A stretch of DNA of 63,928 bases, filler included, from Octopus bimaculoides (GCF_001194135.2; 5 parts of 5 records of this genome joined end to end with filler, not necessarily neighbours in it); one strand, 5' to 3'; counted from the first letter of the whole stretch, positions 1 to 13,775 are shown. Program-made: numbers and translations. The notes: generated from the letters alone by a model not told the origin.

Positions 1-33
<33 letters not shown>

Positions 34-100
34 CAGTTTTCATATACGGTTTTCTTATAAGCTGACAAGGTGAGTTGAGTTTAACTTTAGGCGCGATAAG

Positions 101-160
101 AGCCACCGATGAGAATTAAGATACTCTGCATCAAAATTCGAAATCCCAGGTTATCTGGCT
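101..160 (+). ncRNA. Type-I hammerhead-ribozyme-like motif with variant core CCGAUGA
   Basis: Stem I AGCCA/UGGCU, core CCGAUGA, stem II GAAUU/AAUUC, GAAA, 2-bp stem III, AUC cleavage triplet; folded by eye. Confidence 0.55.
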
Positions 161-342
161 ATGTTCGTTAGGGAACGTATCCCCCTTGTCAGTCTTAAGG
201 CATTTGCGGCTTTTGAGTTGTTTCAACTTTTATCTCTAGCAGTGCCGGCACCACTTAGTACCCTCTGTCATTTTAGTGACGTCTACATGAGTGCTTGTGT
301 GTGTGCGCGTGCGTGTGTGTGAGTGAGAGACAGTGTGTATGC

Positions 343-399
<57 letters not shown>

Positions 400-1009
400 T
401 GTGTGTGAGTATTTGTATCAATGCAATCTGCATGAGTTCATATGCCAACTACAGTGAGTAAATTAAATATTGCATTTATCAACGATGACACAAAACTTTG
501 AAATACTGTCCAGTCTCACTGATGTGATCGGATAGATATCCACAAACATCATTTCATTGATGTAAGAATCACTGGAGTATAAAGCCCAACTTCATAATTT
601 TGCGAAATGACTAGTGTCTTAAAACCTATGTCTGCTACAGTAGACTGATTTTGGTCAATACTACCTAAATGGCACACTACAACGTTGAGGCAGTTCGTCA
701 TATATGTATGAGTCAGCAAACGGATTTCTTCCTGTACGTAGTACACTGGCCATGAATTTTGCAATCCCCCAACTGCAAGAAAATTCAAAGGATTACAACT
801 AACCGCTAGACATTTTATTTTAAAATTTGATCAAAGCTTTCGACAGTAAGTGAATGAAATATGGTGGAAATTACTTATGAAATTTGACATTCTATCGAAA
901 TTCTTTGCATATCCCTTCAGGATAACATGCAGTGGTCAGGGTTATGAAATCGATCATCATCACTGCTATTCTGGTCTGAAGTAAGAGAGCATTTTTGTAC
1001 CAACTATCT

Positions 1010-1450
1010 TTTTATAATTATGTGTTGTTCATCTAGCTGCTGTCAATGAAAATGAGACTTAGAACTAAGCCCGATGGAGGTGTCTTCAATCGAAATTGAT
1101 TCTTGTCGAAGTATAAGACATCAAGAAAAACCTTTTCAGAAATGCACTATGCGGATGATAATGCTGTACCCAATCATAACCAAATCCAACACCAACAAAC
1201 AATTTACTCTGCAGTGTCAGTATATAAAGATTACAGCCTAATAACTAACACCAACTCGACTCACAATTAGTAACTTCATCCAAGGTCCACCCTGCATACC
1301 ATCGAAATAATCATCAACAACTCCATCAAACAGGTCAACATTTTTCTATGCCTTGGTTCCACGCTGTCTTCAAATACAACCATCGACAATGAGATCGACA
1401 GCAGGATTTTAGTAGTAAATGGTACGTATGGAAATATTTATCAAGACAAG
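1010..1450 (+). mobile_element. Decayed RTE-type LINE reverse-transcriptase fragment
   Basis: YADD motif (tatgcggatgat) and downstream FLCLGSTLSSNTTIDNEIDSRI, with stops. Confidence 0.65.
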
Positions 1451-2648
1451 TGAGAACTATGGACACGGTACCTCGGTCTCAGTGTAACCTATCCGTTTCG
1501 GAAATGTTTGCATATAAAAAGCAGGTTCTTTCATTTTTGATTATACGAATTCCCGTTGACGAAAACTATCCTACAAATCTTTTACACTTATACTTTATAT
1601 CCAGTAACAACTAGTAATCCAAATATTTTACGAATACATAGATTACCAAAATCTACTTGAGAATCCACAATTTATAAACTGAGGCAACCAATTACGCAGA
1701 CTCATTTAACCGTATATAATTCAAATTTAATGTGAAAGCTAATTCTCATCTCTAAAATAACTGACAACCATAAATTATTATTTAGAATAAACAGTGGTAA
1801 CGAACACGTAACAGGTTACATTCCTGAATAAACAAGTTGGCTTTCTATAAAACCCATAACTATAAAATATAAAAGTAGATCCGACAAATCATAATTTATT
1901 ATGTTCTCAAAAGCAACTATTTATTAGTCACAACACACGATTCTTTCAACTATAACGGTTAAAGATTAACACTATCTCGTTTAAAATAAGAAAAATTTAA
2001 CGACAGTCATCTTTGCAGCTGATGCAATAAAATATAATTTGGAGGTGAAATATAATTACTTACTTCAGCTTGCCTTCACACTACATACACCCCAGCATGT
2101 TGGTTTCATATCTGATTTTATTCCCTTTAGCCCATTTTTATTCTCGTCTTTAAATTTTCATTTTTTATTTTTATTAACTTTCTTTTCAATATATATATTT
2201 CCTCGTTTCCTCAAAATTTCTCGTGAGGTATTGATAAACCTTCGTCTTTGACATTTGCCTAAACGTTAACCTTCTGATTTAAAATTATCTCTCTATTCCT
2301 CTAGATGTTATCCCGTATTTTAAATACATGTCATTTCCTTTCACTTATACCTATTTGGCAAGCCATCCGCGGTGAACATTCGAAGAATAAACTACTTCAG
2401 TCTTTTCTTCAGTTAATGTCTTCGTACTTTAATTATTGAGGCCATGGATTGTTAAACTTGGTAGAGCGTTAGACAAAATGCCTTATGGTAATTAGCTGCA
2501 AATTCTTACGTCTTGTGTTCAAATCACAGCGTTGTGATTTTTTGCCAACCTTCGGTCGTATATTATATACAATACTGAGATTGATATAATCAATTTCCTT
2601 TTCCTCATATTGGAACATAAGCGTGTGTAAGAAACCATTTATGCGTAC

Positions 2649-2689
<41 letters not shown>

Positions 2690-3354
2690 NNNNNNNNNNN
2701 NNNNNNNNNNNNNNNNNNNNNNNNNNNNNNNNNNNNNNNNNNNNNNNNNNNNNNNNNNNNNNNNNNNNNNNNNNNNNNNNNNNNNNNNNTAGTGGAGGTG
2801 GTGAAGGCAGTAGTAGTAAACGCAGCATTCCTGGTCTCTTAGATAGATAGATGTGTGGTAAGAAGCTTACTCACTAACTACATGGTTCCGGGTTCAGTTC
2901 TACTGGGTGACACCTTGGGGAAGTGTCTTCTACTATATTCTCGGGCCGACCAAAGCCTTGTGAATGGATTTGACAGGCGGAAACTTAGCGTTTCAGCAAA
3001 TAGAATGATACCAGGCTTAAAAGGAATAAATACTGGGTCGATTCATTCGACTAAAAATTCTTCAAGACCGTTCCCCAGAACGACCACTGTCTAATGACTG
3101 GAACTCCATCCAGTGAGAGGTAAATATCATTTAATATACACAGTACTTAAATGTGAGCTGATAATAGTGTCATGCCATGGATACACAATACATCAGCAGG
3201 TATATAGAATGTGCCTTGTGTCTCCGAGCAATCCTTTAGGCTCAAATACACATGGTTGGTCTTATTTCTAAGATAGGACGTGGTATAAGAGAACATACAG
3301 GAAAAAACGAGAAAGTAGATGCAAAAGATGAAACAAGAAAACAAACGGTGAATA

Positions 3355-4200
3355 AAAACGAACTCCAAGAATCCAACAACAATTGATACTACCTTGACCT
3401 TCTTCATTTTACACAGTCGGTCTATTTTTTTTCGCATTCCTTCTTAACCATTCGCGTGTTAAAGGGCACGTAATATGAATTATAGAGTACATATGGCTCA
3501 CTTTGTCCACCACCACTATATCCAGTTTGTTGTGCTCAAGTATCTGGTCTTTGTGTTTTAAGCTCTAAACTCCCATTTTTTAGTTTCCAGTGCAGCCCTT
3601 TAGCTACCTCATCGTGTTACCACAGCTTATATTGGTTTTGGGCAAGTTGAAGACATTCGTTCACCATATGGACAGGACCTCCAGTTTTGTGGCCAAAGCT
3701 TGGTCTTGTGCTGCCAGTATAGTGCCCACAATTTCCTTTTTAGTGTTTTTTCTTTAACTAGTCACACTTATGCTCTCCAGTAACTTCAGTTGTGGTTACA
3801 TGGAATCAATTGTGTAATCCCTTGTTGTGTAGTACTTTATCATGTCCTTCTTTTTTTGTTTTCTTGTTTTGTTTTCTTTTATCCTCCTTTCAATATGCCC
3901 GCCTATCTAACAGCCACTAACAAGGTTTCATCACTATGGGTTAGCTATCTCAGCAAGTTCCCATGTTCAATACGCTACACATACTTCCATATTTATCAGT
4001 CCCAATGTATAGATGAGCAATGTCTGCACGAGGATGATGGGCTCCAAGCACTGTTAGGATCTTCTTTGTCTTCCTGTCCAATTCATTTAGTTCATTCTCT
4101 GCCAACTTCAGAGTCGCACTCCATACCGAACCACTGCGACATTTGAGCTAGCCATAATGTGTAGACTTCTATCAATGCTTGAAGTGATTACGCTTGTTTT
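3355..4200 (-). mobile_element. Decayed R4/Dong-like (restriction-like endonuclease) non-LTR retrotransposon fragment
   Basis: Minus-strand peptides ELDRKTKKILTVLGAHHPRADIAHLY, ILAAQDQAL, CLQLAQNQYKLW*HDEVAKGLHWKL, EHNKLDIVVVDK and KVKVVSIVVG, broken by frameshifts and stops. Confidence 0.8.
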
Positions 4201-4211
4201 CCTCTTAGCCA

Positions 4212-4268
<57 letters not shown>

Positions 4269-4296
4269 CTCTATCTATCTATCTATCTATCTATCA

Positions 4297-4357
<61 letters not shown>
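4212..4357. repeat. (CTAT)n microsatellite
   Basis: Direct reading. Confidence 0.95.
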
Positions 4358-4358
<1 letters not shown>

Positions 4359-6949
4359 TGTTGTTGTTGTTAGTATTATTATTACTATTTCATATACGCT
4401 CAACAGATTAGACTGTTGGAAAGAAAATTTCCTAACATCGGGAAACAACAAATAACCTTAGATACGAAGAATCCTCCTAAGTATCCCTGCTGTCCCTAAT
4501 AACACTGTTTTTTGGAACTGTACTAAACTGGGTTTTATGCCTATTTCCTATATCCATCTATTCAAATCTTTAGGGATAATTTTTAATACACCTATAACTT
4601 TAGGGATACATTTTTACCCGCACTTTCTATAGTCTCTATATAACCATAGAACAAAGTACGAGTATAATATTTTGTCAAAAGAAAGAAATAATGCATACAT
4701 GTAGAGATACGACATCAATAACTTTATAACCCCAGACTTTGTACTGAAATGCACGCTACGAAAAGTAAATACAAAGGATCAGCAATAGCCATGCTCTGGC
4801 CGTATTCATTTTGCCTATCTCCGAGGAAACAAATACAATCCTCCTACAGACGTATAGGAATAGACTGAACAGTGGAAGGAATGCAACTGCCCGAAACGTT
4901 TACTTTTCTTTCCTTTCTTTACGCTATAACCTAGCTGAATTGACTTTCTACTTTTGTTCATTGTTTTTATAGATTTTTTTTGTTTCGTTTAATTGTTTAC
5001 CTTGATTTTTCATCTCTTACCTAGATATTAATCAACGCACTAGCGGAGACATTATCCGAATTACTACAGGATTTATTTATTTATTATACTCCTAATGGAT
5101 TATACATAAATCAAAGATATTATTGTCATCAAAAAGTTGGTCATCTGGCAGAGTAGTTAACACATCGACAGAAATGCCTTCCGTTATTATTTCGTACAAT
5201 TTACCTGCTCAGTTCAATATCATTCCCAGGTCAGCTTTGCTTTTTGTCGCTCGGTTATTCATAAAGTGCCAGCCAAGTACTGAGGTTTCAACTACCTCAT
5301 CCCTTCAAATTACTGGTCTTGTGTTGAAATTAGAAACAATTGTCACGGATAGAACATCTTTCATGATGGAGTGCATCAATCAGGATATACTGCAGCTAAA
5401 CAATGACATCAGCAGCAGTAGCACCAATGCTGTACAAGTCAGTTCAACACCGATAAATACATCCATAAAGTACGGCAATCAAGGAAATAAATCAATGCTA
5501 ATGTATCAAGTCTTGAATGACGTGTACCAAGAATTTATATTGAATTGAAGTAGACATGATACCATTCAAGATGTGTATTTTGTTGTATAAAATTAGAAAA
5601 TAAAAGTAGATTTCCAAAATTGCGGATCACCAGAAGTAAATCACCTGGTACAATAAAAAAATTTAAAGAAGAGTTGTTTTTACTAAAGTCCTGCAAATAA
5701 AACATGAAATACTGACTCGAGAGGACTAAATAAATATTTTAGAGTAACAGTTTATCCTCTAAACAAGGTTACGCAATATATCAATCTTGCGTTTGAAGAG
5801 ATCATAACTCTGATATAACTATAGTTATTACCGTTGATTTAGGATTGACTTAAGAAGATACACATTTAAACCAAAAGTATATGAGAATTAGAAACAGAAT
5901 TTTTAGGAGAAAAGAAATACATACCAAAATTAGAAACAAAAGGAAGAAGACAACATCAAAATTAGCTTCCCCTATTTTTAGAGCACTGCCAACTTTAACG
6001 GCAAAAACAAAAATATAAATACCAATAAGTAAGAAAATGGATTAATGAAAGACTCTGAGATTAATCTAAAGGTGGAAATAGTTAAAGAATTCAAATCGAA
6101 GGGTGATTTTCCTATGAACCAACCCAAAACCCCCTCACAACTCCCAAATCTTAAGGATGATGAGAACATAGTTTCAGCAACAAAACTCTTGACTATTATA
6201 TATCAGAAAAATGTCAACATCAATATTCCTAAGATAAACCAAAACTTATAGTACAGATAATGCTGTAGTCATAACAGTAAAAGGGATACTGACTTAAAAC
6301 TTCTAATTTGAACCTAAAATATTGTTTCCATTTACTGAATATGTGTTTCTCATTGAAGCTACCTTACCCAGAACTAACATTTTCTAAATATTCGCTTTTA
6401 GAATCTACTTTTTCTAATAAAATAAAACATTTATTAAATCACTGTGTACGCAATAATCAGTCACAATACTATTAATGCAAATGTAATTAGACAGGCAGAC
6501 AACTTATATTGCATTTGTTTGTGTGGAACAACTTATCAATTGTATAAATAAAGTGTATAATTATATTCCACAAAGTAATATATTCAGTGAGTTGCACAAT
6601 TTGCATAAAGTGGTGAGAAAGTTTATCATTTACAACAAAAGCATGTTTAAAACAAAAGATAGACATTCAGCGCACATTTAAATTCGAAATATCAATACAA
6701 CTAAAGGATTTACTAATTATTAATAACGTGCTAGTCTCAAGGTAGCATATTCTTCAATACAAATGAAAAATGAATAATCCAGTTATATTTAAGTAATGGA
6801 CATCACGACATCACCTATATGACCCGATAAAAACGTTGCATCAATCACTCTTTCCTTCCAGTTCATTTCAATGCAGTAACGGGAACATCTCCCTTTTTTA
6901 TTCTTTATTTCTCTTTTCAGAAAAATTAAAATTAAGAATAAAATGTCCC

Positions 6950-7570
6950 AGGTAGATCCAGCTGGTTTCCTTGAGCGTTTCCTAGCCCAGGATCAGTGTT
7001 GGGTTAATCCCTTTGAGCCAGAGACAAAGAGACAATCCATGTAGGGGAAACACCACTCCTCACCTGCTCCAAAGTAGGCCAAGGTCGTTTCAACTGCAGG
7101 GAAGATGATGTCCTTAGCTTTTGGGGATGCAAAAGGTAGTGTGTTTATGGACTATCTTCATAAGGGCCACACCATCAATGGAGAGTACTCTGCTAACTTG
7201 CTGGGGCTGTTACGAAAGTCTATGAAGACCAAATGCCCAGGGAAATTGACGAAAGCTGTCTTGTTACTTCAAGACAATGCTCCAGCACACAAATCTTTGC
7301 TTTCAATGGCTGCTGTGCGTGTCTGTAGAAATGAACTGTTTGATCACCCTCCCTAATCTCCTGATTTGACCCTATTTTACTCTCATCTGTTCCTCAACAT
7401 GAAAAGCACATGACTGGAAACCAATTGCGTCATACCTGCTGTTGACGACTTTTTTACCAACAGGATATGGAAGAAGTGTGTGGCCTACAAGTGGGACTAT
7501 GTTGAAAAATAAACGCTATTTGATCACATTCCATGTGAATATCAGCCTGTGAACGTTTCAGCCTTCCTCG
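6950..7570 (+). mobile_element. Mariner transposase remnant: catalytic/C-terminal part plus 3' TIR
   Basis: DPAGFLERFLAQDQCWV..EPETKRQS, GHTINGEY, LLQDNAPAHKS; ends aacgtttcagccttcctcg. Confidence 0.85.
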
Positions 7571-8009
7571 TGTTTATGTGTGAGGGTGCAGACAGACAGA
7601 CAAACAGATAGATAGACATATGTATGTATGCATTCATGCATGCATGTATGTATGTATGTATGTATGTGTATACATTCAGAAACATTACAATCAAAAGGGG
7701 AATAGCAAAAGTGCATATGCCAGTAATTTGGAAGTCAAATAAGATGATTGGAGGGACAATAAACATCTTTACAATGTAGTTTATCATACTTTTATCTACT
7801 GGTTAAAAGACATTTTGAAGAAAATAACCTTGAAGCTAAGGCATTTTTGCTGACTGAAAATTCCTGAGCTACTCTCGTATCTCTATACTCTTCCAGTAAA
7901 ATTTGTTTATCCACCACCAGATATTTCCGTACTCAAAGATCATGTATTAAAGAGTAATTTCTTACATCGAGTCTTACTACTTTTGTCGCACTCTCAAATA
8001 CCTTGTAGA

Positions 8010-10490
8010 AGCAGATGGCTAATATACTGATTTATTTATAGTCAATAGCCTGTCATCAATCTGTATGTGGTGAACAAGTTCAATGTTTTCCTTGGTGGTG
8101 GCACTTGCAGGACATCCAGACCTTGTATCATCTTCAAAACTTTCCTTTCCTTTCTTAAATTCAGTTACATACGTTTGCACTGATGAGAAAGTCAGATATT
8201 CATCCCCTAATGTAGCAACGATGTCAGCACCAGTGGCGGATCTGCTATAAAACTAATGAAGCTTATGCTTCAGGGCCCCTAATTCAGGAGGGGCCCCTCT
8301 AAAGCAACTTAATTTTTTTCATTCTGTTAATTTTTTTTGTTTTTGTTTTTGTATTTTGCCATGCAGATTGCTGCTACCAGTCTTAGTGGACAATGTCATT
8401 TCATACTCCTACGCAGAGTATAGACACGCAGTGTCTAGCTACGAGCTGTTCCACCTGATGTTTTTGCCAGTGTGGAATAGTATAAAAAATAAAAATACAA
8501 ATGACGCGCAGATAATTCGCTTTTCTTGAATTGTTCTGGAAACGTCAGCCTTGATCCTCTCATGGTCAAGAATTCTTATTTTCTCAGCGAGACATCATTA
8601 TTTAATGATCAATGAAAGGGGTTACCTCCTAATTTTGGACTTACAATCTGTTCAGTAACAAAGCATTTTGCTACTTTAATAATTGTTTGAATATCACCTT
8701 GTACAAGATGGGGAATTTTAAACGCACGAGGTAATCTAGCCTTTTCTTTAAAGAGATTAAGGGTAACTAGATGGTCTCCACGCAATGAAGGAGTCTAGGC
8801 AATTAAAAATGGATATAGGGATATTTTACAGACTCTCTAACACGTGTTTGAAGACTCTGAAGAGAAGCCTGAATGTAAGTGAGATGTAAAGAATTTATAC
8901 CACAAGTTGATAAAATTGGAATGTGCTATTTTAACAGTCGTTTGGGAAGAAGTTATGGAGCGTCTTAACAAAACAATTAATGAACTCCAAACCCCTAGTT
9001 CTGATGCATGCAAAGGTTACCTTCTGCTAGCATATTTGCTTTCATTTGTTAAATAACTACAAGAAAATTCAGCCGACAAGATTACACACTATGAATCAGT
9101 AGCAAAAGGTTTATGTGAATATATCACCTCAAATTATTCTGATGTTTCCAAACATATTGTTACAAAGAAATTTGCAGATGGAACAAGTGATAAGGATTTT
9201 CGAAAGGGATTGAAAAATTTAGGATAGAAGTTCTAGATCAAGTCTACGACTGCTTGACAATCCAGTTAAGCAAGAAGATGGACCCATACGAGCAGACTGC
9301 GAAAAGGTTCAAGTTTCTCTCAGAATTGATGAACAATTCAAAATTTGATGAGAACAGTATCAAACTTATAATGTCGATTTTCAAAGACGATATTGACCAC
9401 AAATTAATAAATGAGTTATCAGTTCAAAGAGTATTTACACCTTAGGAAATATCAGAACACAGAAGAAAACTCACAATCTAAAATGCAATGCACAGCAGTT
9501 CTTTAGCTTATTTATGAGCAACAATTAATTTAAGTGTTCCCTAATATTACCACTGCACTTAAGCTGTACTCGATAATGTCAATGACGAGCTGTGAAGCAG
9601 AAAGGAATTTCTCGAAGCTTTCCTTTATAAAGAATAAATTTCGATCTACCATGACTGAAGAGCACATAAATTCCTTATGCATGTTGTTTCTAGAAAATGG
9701 CATTGCAAAGAAGCTCTCATATGACAAAACTGTAAGGAAATACGTTGCTACAAAAGAAAAAAAAGATTAAAGAGTATTTTGTAATTTTCATATGTATCTT
9801 AAATATAAGATTAATATTAGATTATATTGACTGTGGTATTTGTTATGCTTTATGTCTTTGTTCCATGATGCATCATGCATGTATATAACGATTCCTTAAT
9901 TTTCAACCCACATAACTCTAGAAGTGTAAGGAAGGCATAGCCTGGAAAATATTTGTTCACACCAGTGACTTTGATAATCACAATCTGAAATGTAGTGCTT
10001 AAATTTGTAAAGAAAACTGTGGTGATCTGCCATGGAACAACCACATTGACAAAGATATTGGTGATTACGGACACCTCGTTTCAGGTGGAAAGAGGACTCA
10101 CTATCAGATTAATTTTTAAGGGCTCCACCTCACCACTCCACCATTTGGGCTGGAGTTCCTTGCAAGGGCACGAACATTCTTTGACCCTTGTTGGATGGGA
10201 CCCTATAACATTTTAAGCTTCAGGGCCCCAATATTGTGGATCTGCCACTGGTCAGCACCAATAACCTTGGGGCCTAAAACGTCTTTTTTTCCACGGGTAC
10301 TTTATGACACCACAGTGCTAAATTTTGTCCATTTTCAAGAGAAGTTACTACTAGTTACATCTGAAGTCTCCTTTGAACAGTTAGATGTCAGTTTAGCTGC
10401 AACGAAACAATGCAGTTATTAACACGAAATTAATGCAGCTCTAGAATCACTACTATATAGTAAGCCAATGAACTTTTCAGTCAATCCTCT
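8010..10490 (-). mobile_element. Mariner 5' TIR and N-terminal HTH region, interrupted by a hAT element
   Basis: MDKI*HCGVIKY (10251-10350) continues after the insert as ADIVATLGDE..EFKKGKESFEDDTRSGCP (8010-8230); terminal aacttttcagtcaatcctct-TA at 10471-10492. Confidence 0.8.
8231..10250 (+). mobile_element. hAT-superfamily DNA transposon, non-autonomous, 2020 bp
   Basis: TIRs CAGTGGCGGATC / GATCTGCCACTG; 8-bp TSD GTCAGCAC at 8223-8230 and 10251-10258; transposase remnants KRLRVTRWS and dimerisation domain FPNITTALKLYSIMSMTSCEAERNFSKL (9534-9770). Confidence 0.92.
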
Positions 10491-11697
10491 TATTGCAAAA
10501 ACGAAACAATATCTCATGATATGCTGTGATTCATCACATATTGTTTTGGTTGCAGGAATGACTTTACCTTGGAGGACAGTATAGCATTTGCTCTTGAAAG
10601 TATACAGTAGGCTAAGTGAAAGGGAAAATATATTGTTGGCTCTTATAGGATGCGGTGAGTTAGAGGGTAGTTCACAGAAGACTTACCTGGCTAGTATTTT
10701 GGCGCAAGTACCAGAAAGATGAGATTATTAAGGATAATTATTGTAACGTTTTTCTCAAAGGTATTGCAGTGATAAATGGAAACTTTTTTAGGATTAGAAT
10801 AAAAGGAAAGTAATTTTCAGTACCTATCTACTGATAGAGTTTGTGGTAATGAAAGAATGCTTTTGATAACGGACATATAGTAACATCAATACTGCTACAA
10901 TCTGCTGGATAATGACGAAAGAAGGCGAAATCATTGTGATCCCAGTAGACGGCCAATCAATACATGCATACACGCGCGCGCGCACACAGACATCTATCTA
11001 AAATTTACAGACACACACACACATACATGCGCGTATATATATATATATATATATANNNNNNNNNNNNNNNNNNNNNNNNNNNNNNNNNNNNNNNNNNNNN
11101 NNNNNNNNNNNNNNNNNNNNNNNNNNNNNNNNNNNNNNNNNNNNNNNNNNNNNNNNNNNNNNNNNNNNNNNNNNNNNNNNNNNNNNNNNNNNNNNNNNNN
11201 NNNNNNNNNNNNNNNNNNNNNNNNNNNNNNNNNNNNNNNNNNNNNNNNNNNNNNNNNNNNNNNNNNNNNNNNNNNNNNNNNNNNNNNNNNNNNNNNNNNN
11301 NNNNNNNNNNNNNNNNNNNNNNNNNNNNNNNNNNNNNNNNNNNNNNNNNNNNNNNNNNNNNNNNNNNNNNNNNNNNNNNNNNNNNNNNNNNNNNNNNNNN
11401 NNNNNNNNNNNNNNNNNNNNNNNNNNNNNNNNNNNNNNNNNNNNNNNNNNNNNNNNNNNNNNNNNNNNNNNNNNNNNNNNNNNNNNNNNNNNNNNNNNNN
11501 NNNNNNNNNNNNNNNNNNNNNNNNNNNNNNNNNNNNNNNNNNNNNNNNNNNNNNNNNNNNNNNNNNNNNNNNNNNNNNNNNNNNNNNNNNNNNNNNNNNN
11601 NNNNNNNNNNNNNNNNNNNNNNNNNNNNNNNNNNNNNNNNNNNNNNNNNNNNNNNNNNNNNNNNNNNNNNNNNNNNNNNNNNNNNNNNNNNNNNNNN

Positions 11698-11743
<46 letters not shown>

Positions 11744-12880
11744 GCACACATACACATATCCATCAAATCACGAAGTTTCGGCAAATCATGTAACATTTGC
11801 TCACTCAAAACAAGATTAGACACTATGGAGGTACAGCGGCACAACCTACCTGTTATTTAGTTATAATCCTACACTCCGACAGAATTTCAAGGAATGAAAA
11901 GCACACCTATGCATTCTTGCAATAAACACAAAATTACACACATGCACGAACGCACACATACCAGAGACATACACATATTTTAATGTATGTCTATACTATT
12001 ATATCTATAAACACAGACACAGATTCACACACACATTCCAAGACATACATATATATAAATACACACATACATACATACATACATACATACATGCATACAT
12101 ACAGTTACAGGTACATACTAAACCGTTCTTTCACATATACACATGCGAATATGGGTGGGAATCGATCAGACTCCCACACAGTGACAAACAGAATAAAGAC
12201 ACTCCTAAAACTTAACACTAAGCTAAGATAACACACGACCGCACAAGCTTCCATACATATACATAACTCACGCTCATATCTACACAAGTTCCCACACGCA
12301 GTCGTACAAACTAAAAGGAAATGCAAGCATATGAAATACAGTCAAATAATACGGTCATTTAAACACATGCCTCCACACAATTTTTAACACATGCTGTCAC
12401 ACACACAGGCAAAGATGTATAATTACGAAAGCAAATAAATTCGTGCGCGCGTGACACAGAGACACACACACACACAACATACACACGTGCAAAGACAGAG
12501 AGAAAGAAAAAACGATGACGGAAAGGTGGAGAGAAAGAGGGAGAGAACGCGAGTGATGTACACAATCCGCCCCATTGTTGGTACATAACTTCCTACAGCG
12601 CCCACCTATACTAGAAGAAACAATTTCGATTGGTGACTGAATAACTGAGATATTCCCATTTGTCTGTAATGTGGCTTATGCCTATTACTGTTCGAAAAAA
12701 AAAAACATTAAAATTTCTACGCTTCAGTACTATCTCTAGGTGCTTTGACGCAATATATGAAATGGTTGATTGACAGCGCGCACAGGTGTAACTCCGCCCA
12801 TGTTATTTTGCGTCTTTGTCGCTTTATCTTGTATTTTTATCTTGCTCTCGAACATTTTTGCCAATCTATGTCTGTTTCTC

Positions 12881-12912
<32 letters not shown>

Positions 12913-13110
12913 NNNNNNNNNNNNNNNNNNNNNNNNNNNNNNNNNNNNNNNNNNNNNNNNNNNNNNNNNNNNNNNNNNNNNNNNNNNNNNNNNNNNNNNN
13001 NNNNNNNNNNNNNNNNNNNNNNNNNNNNNNNNNNNNNNNNNNNNNNNNNNNNNNNNNNNNNNNNNNNNNNNNNNNNNNNNNNNNNNNNNNNNNNNNNNNN
13101 NNNNNNNNNN

Positions 13111-13142
<32 letters not shown>

Positions 13143-13206
13143 TATAAGTATACATATTAATGCATTTGTGTGTGTGTATGTATGTATGCGTATGAGAGAC
13201 GTAACT

Positions 13207-13254
<48 letters not shown>

Positions 13255-13654
13255 TGTACGTATGTATGTATGTATTACATATAGATGTTTATTTCTTCAG
13301 TCTCCCGCATTTACCGATTTTAAATGCATCCCTTGAAGTAAACACGAATTCTTCGCATAAAATTCATAACCCCTACTCCCAAGCACATCACTCCCTTCTT
13401 TCTCTTCCTTTTCTTCTTTCTCTTCACTTTCTTCTGTCTCTCCCTCTCTTTCTCCCGCTCTTCTTCTCTTTCTCCCCCCTTCACTTTCACTCTTTGTTAT
13501 TTTCACTCACTCTCTTCCACAATAAATATATATACATATACGCAAACATATATATCCGTGTGTATGTATGTGTGTGTGTGTATGTCCGCGTGCACACGTG
13601 TTTATTTTTTACTCCACTTCACTTTTCAATATTACACTCCATGCATATACGCAT

Positions 13655-13775
13655 GAATTATGTATGTATGTACGTATGTACGTATGTATGTATGTATGTA
13701 TGTATGTATGTATGTATGTATGTATGTATGCATGCATGCATGCATGTATGTATGTATGTATGTATGTATGCATGC
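13655..13775. repeat. (TATG)n microsatellite. Similar tracts: (GATA)n 13205-13253, (ATAC)n 21425-21492, (TATG)n 21650-21815.
   Basis: Direct reading. Confidence 0.95.

Noticed and set aside
2510-2575. Minus-strand exon-like segment in phase with 6368-6413
   Set aside because: Lies in a degenerate SINE-C copy that supplies the apparent donor
4862-4902. ctgaacag..ctgcccgaaacgtt, resembling a Penelope-type terminal or hammerhead motif
   Set aside because: Core (CUGANGA) and stems are too degenerate to support
5123-5548. 141-aa plus-strand ORF
   Set aside because: No recognisable domain or splice context; the antisense has only faint endonuclease-like words (IVSNFNTR), so it is probably LINE debris
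5700-6300. Faint Penelope RT-like words (LKDDENIV, NAVVI; also IHRLPK near 1635)
   Set aside because: Too short and diverged to call without a profile search
10964-11860. Long ORFs spanning N runs (also 28688-29837, 43232-44302, 45132-45934, 58274-59024 and others)
   Set aside because: Open only because N codons contain no stops; flanks are YIYI/CVCV microsatellite translations
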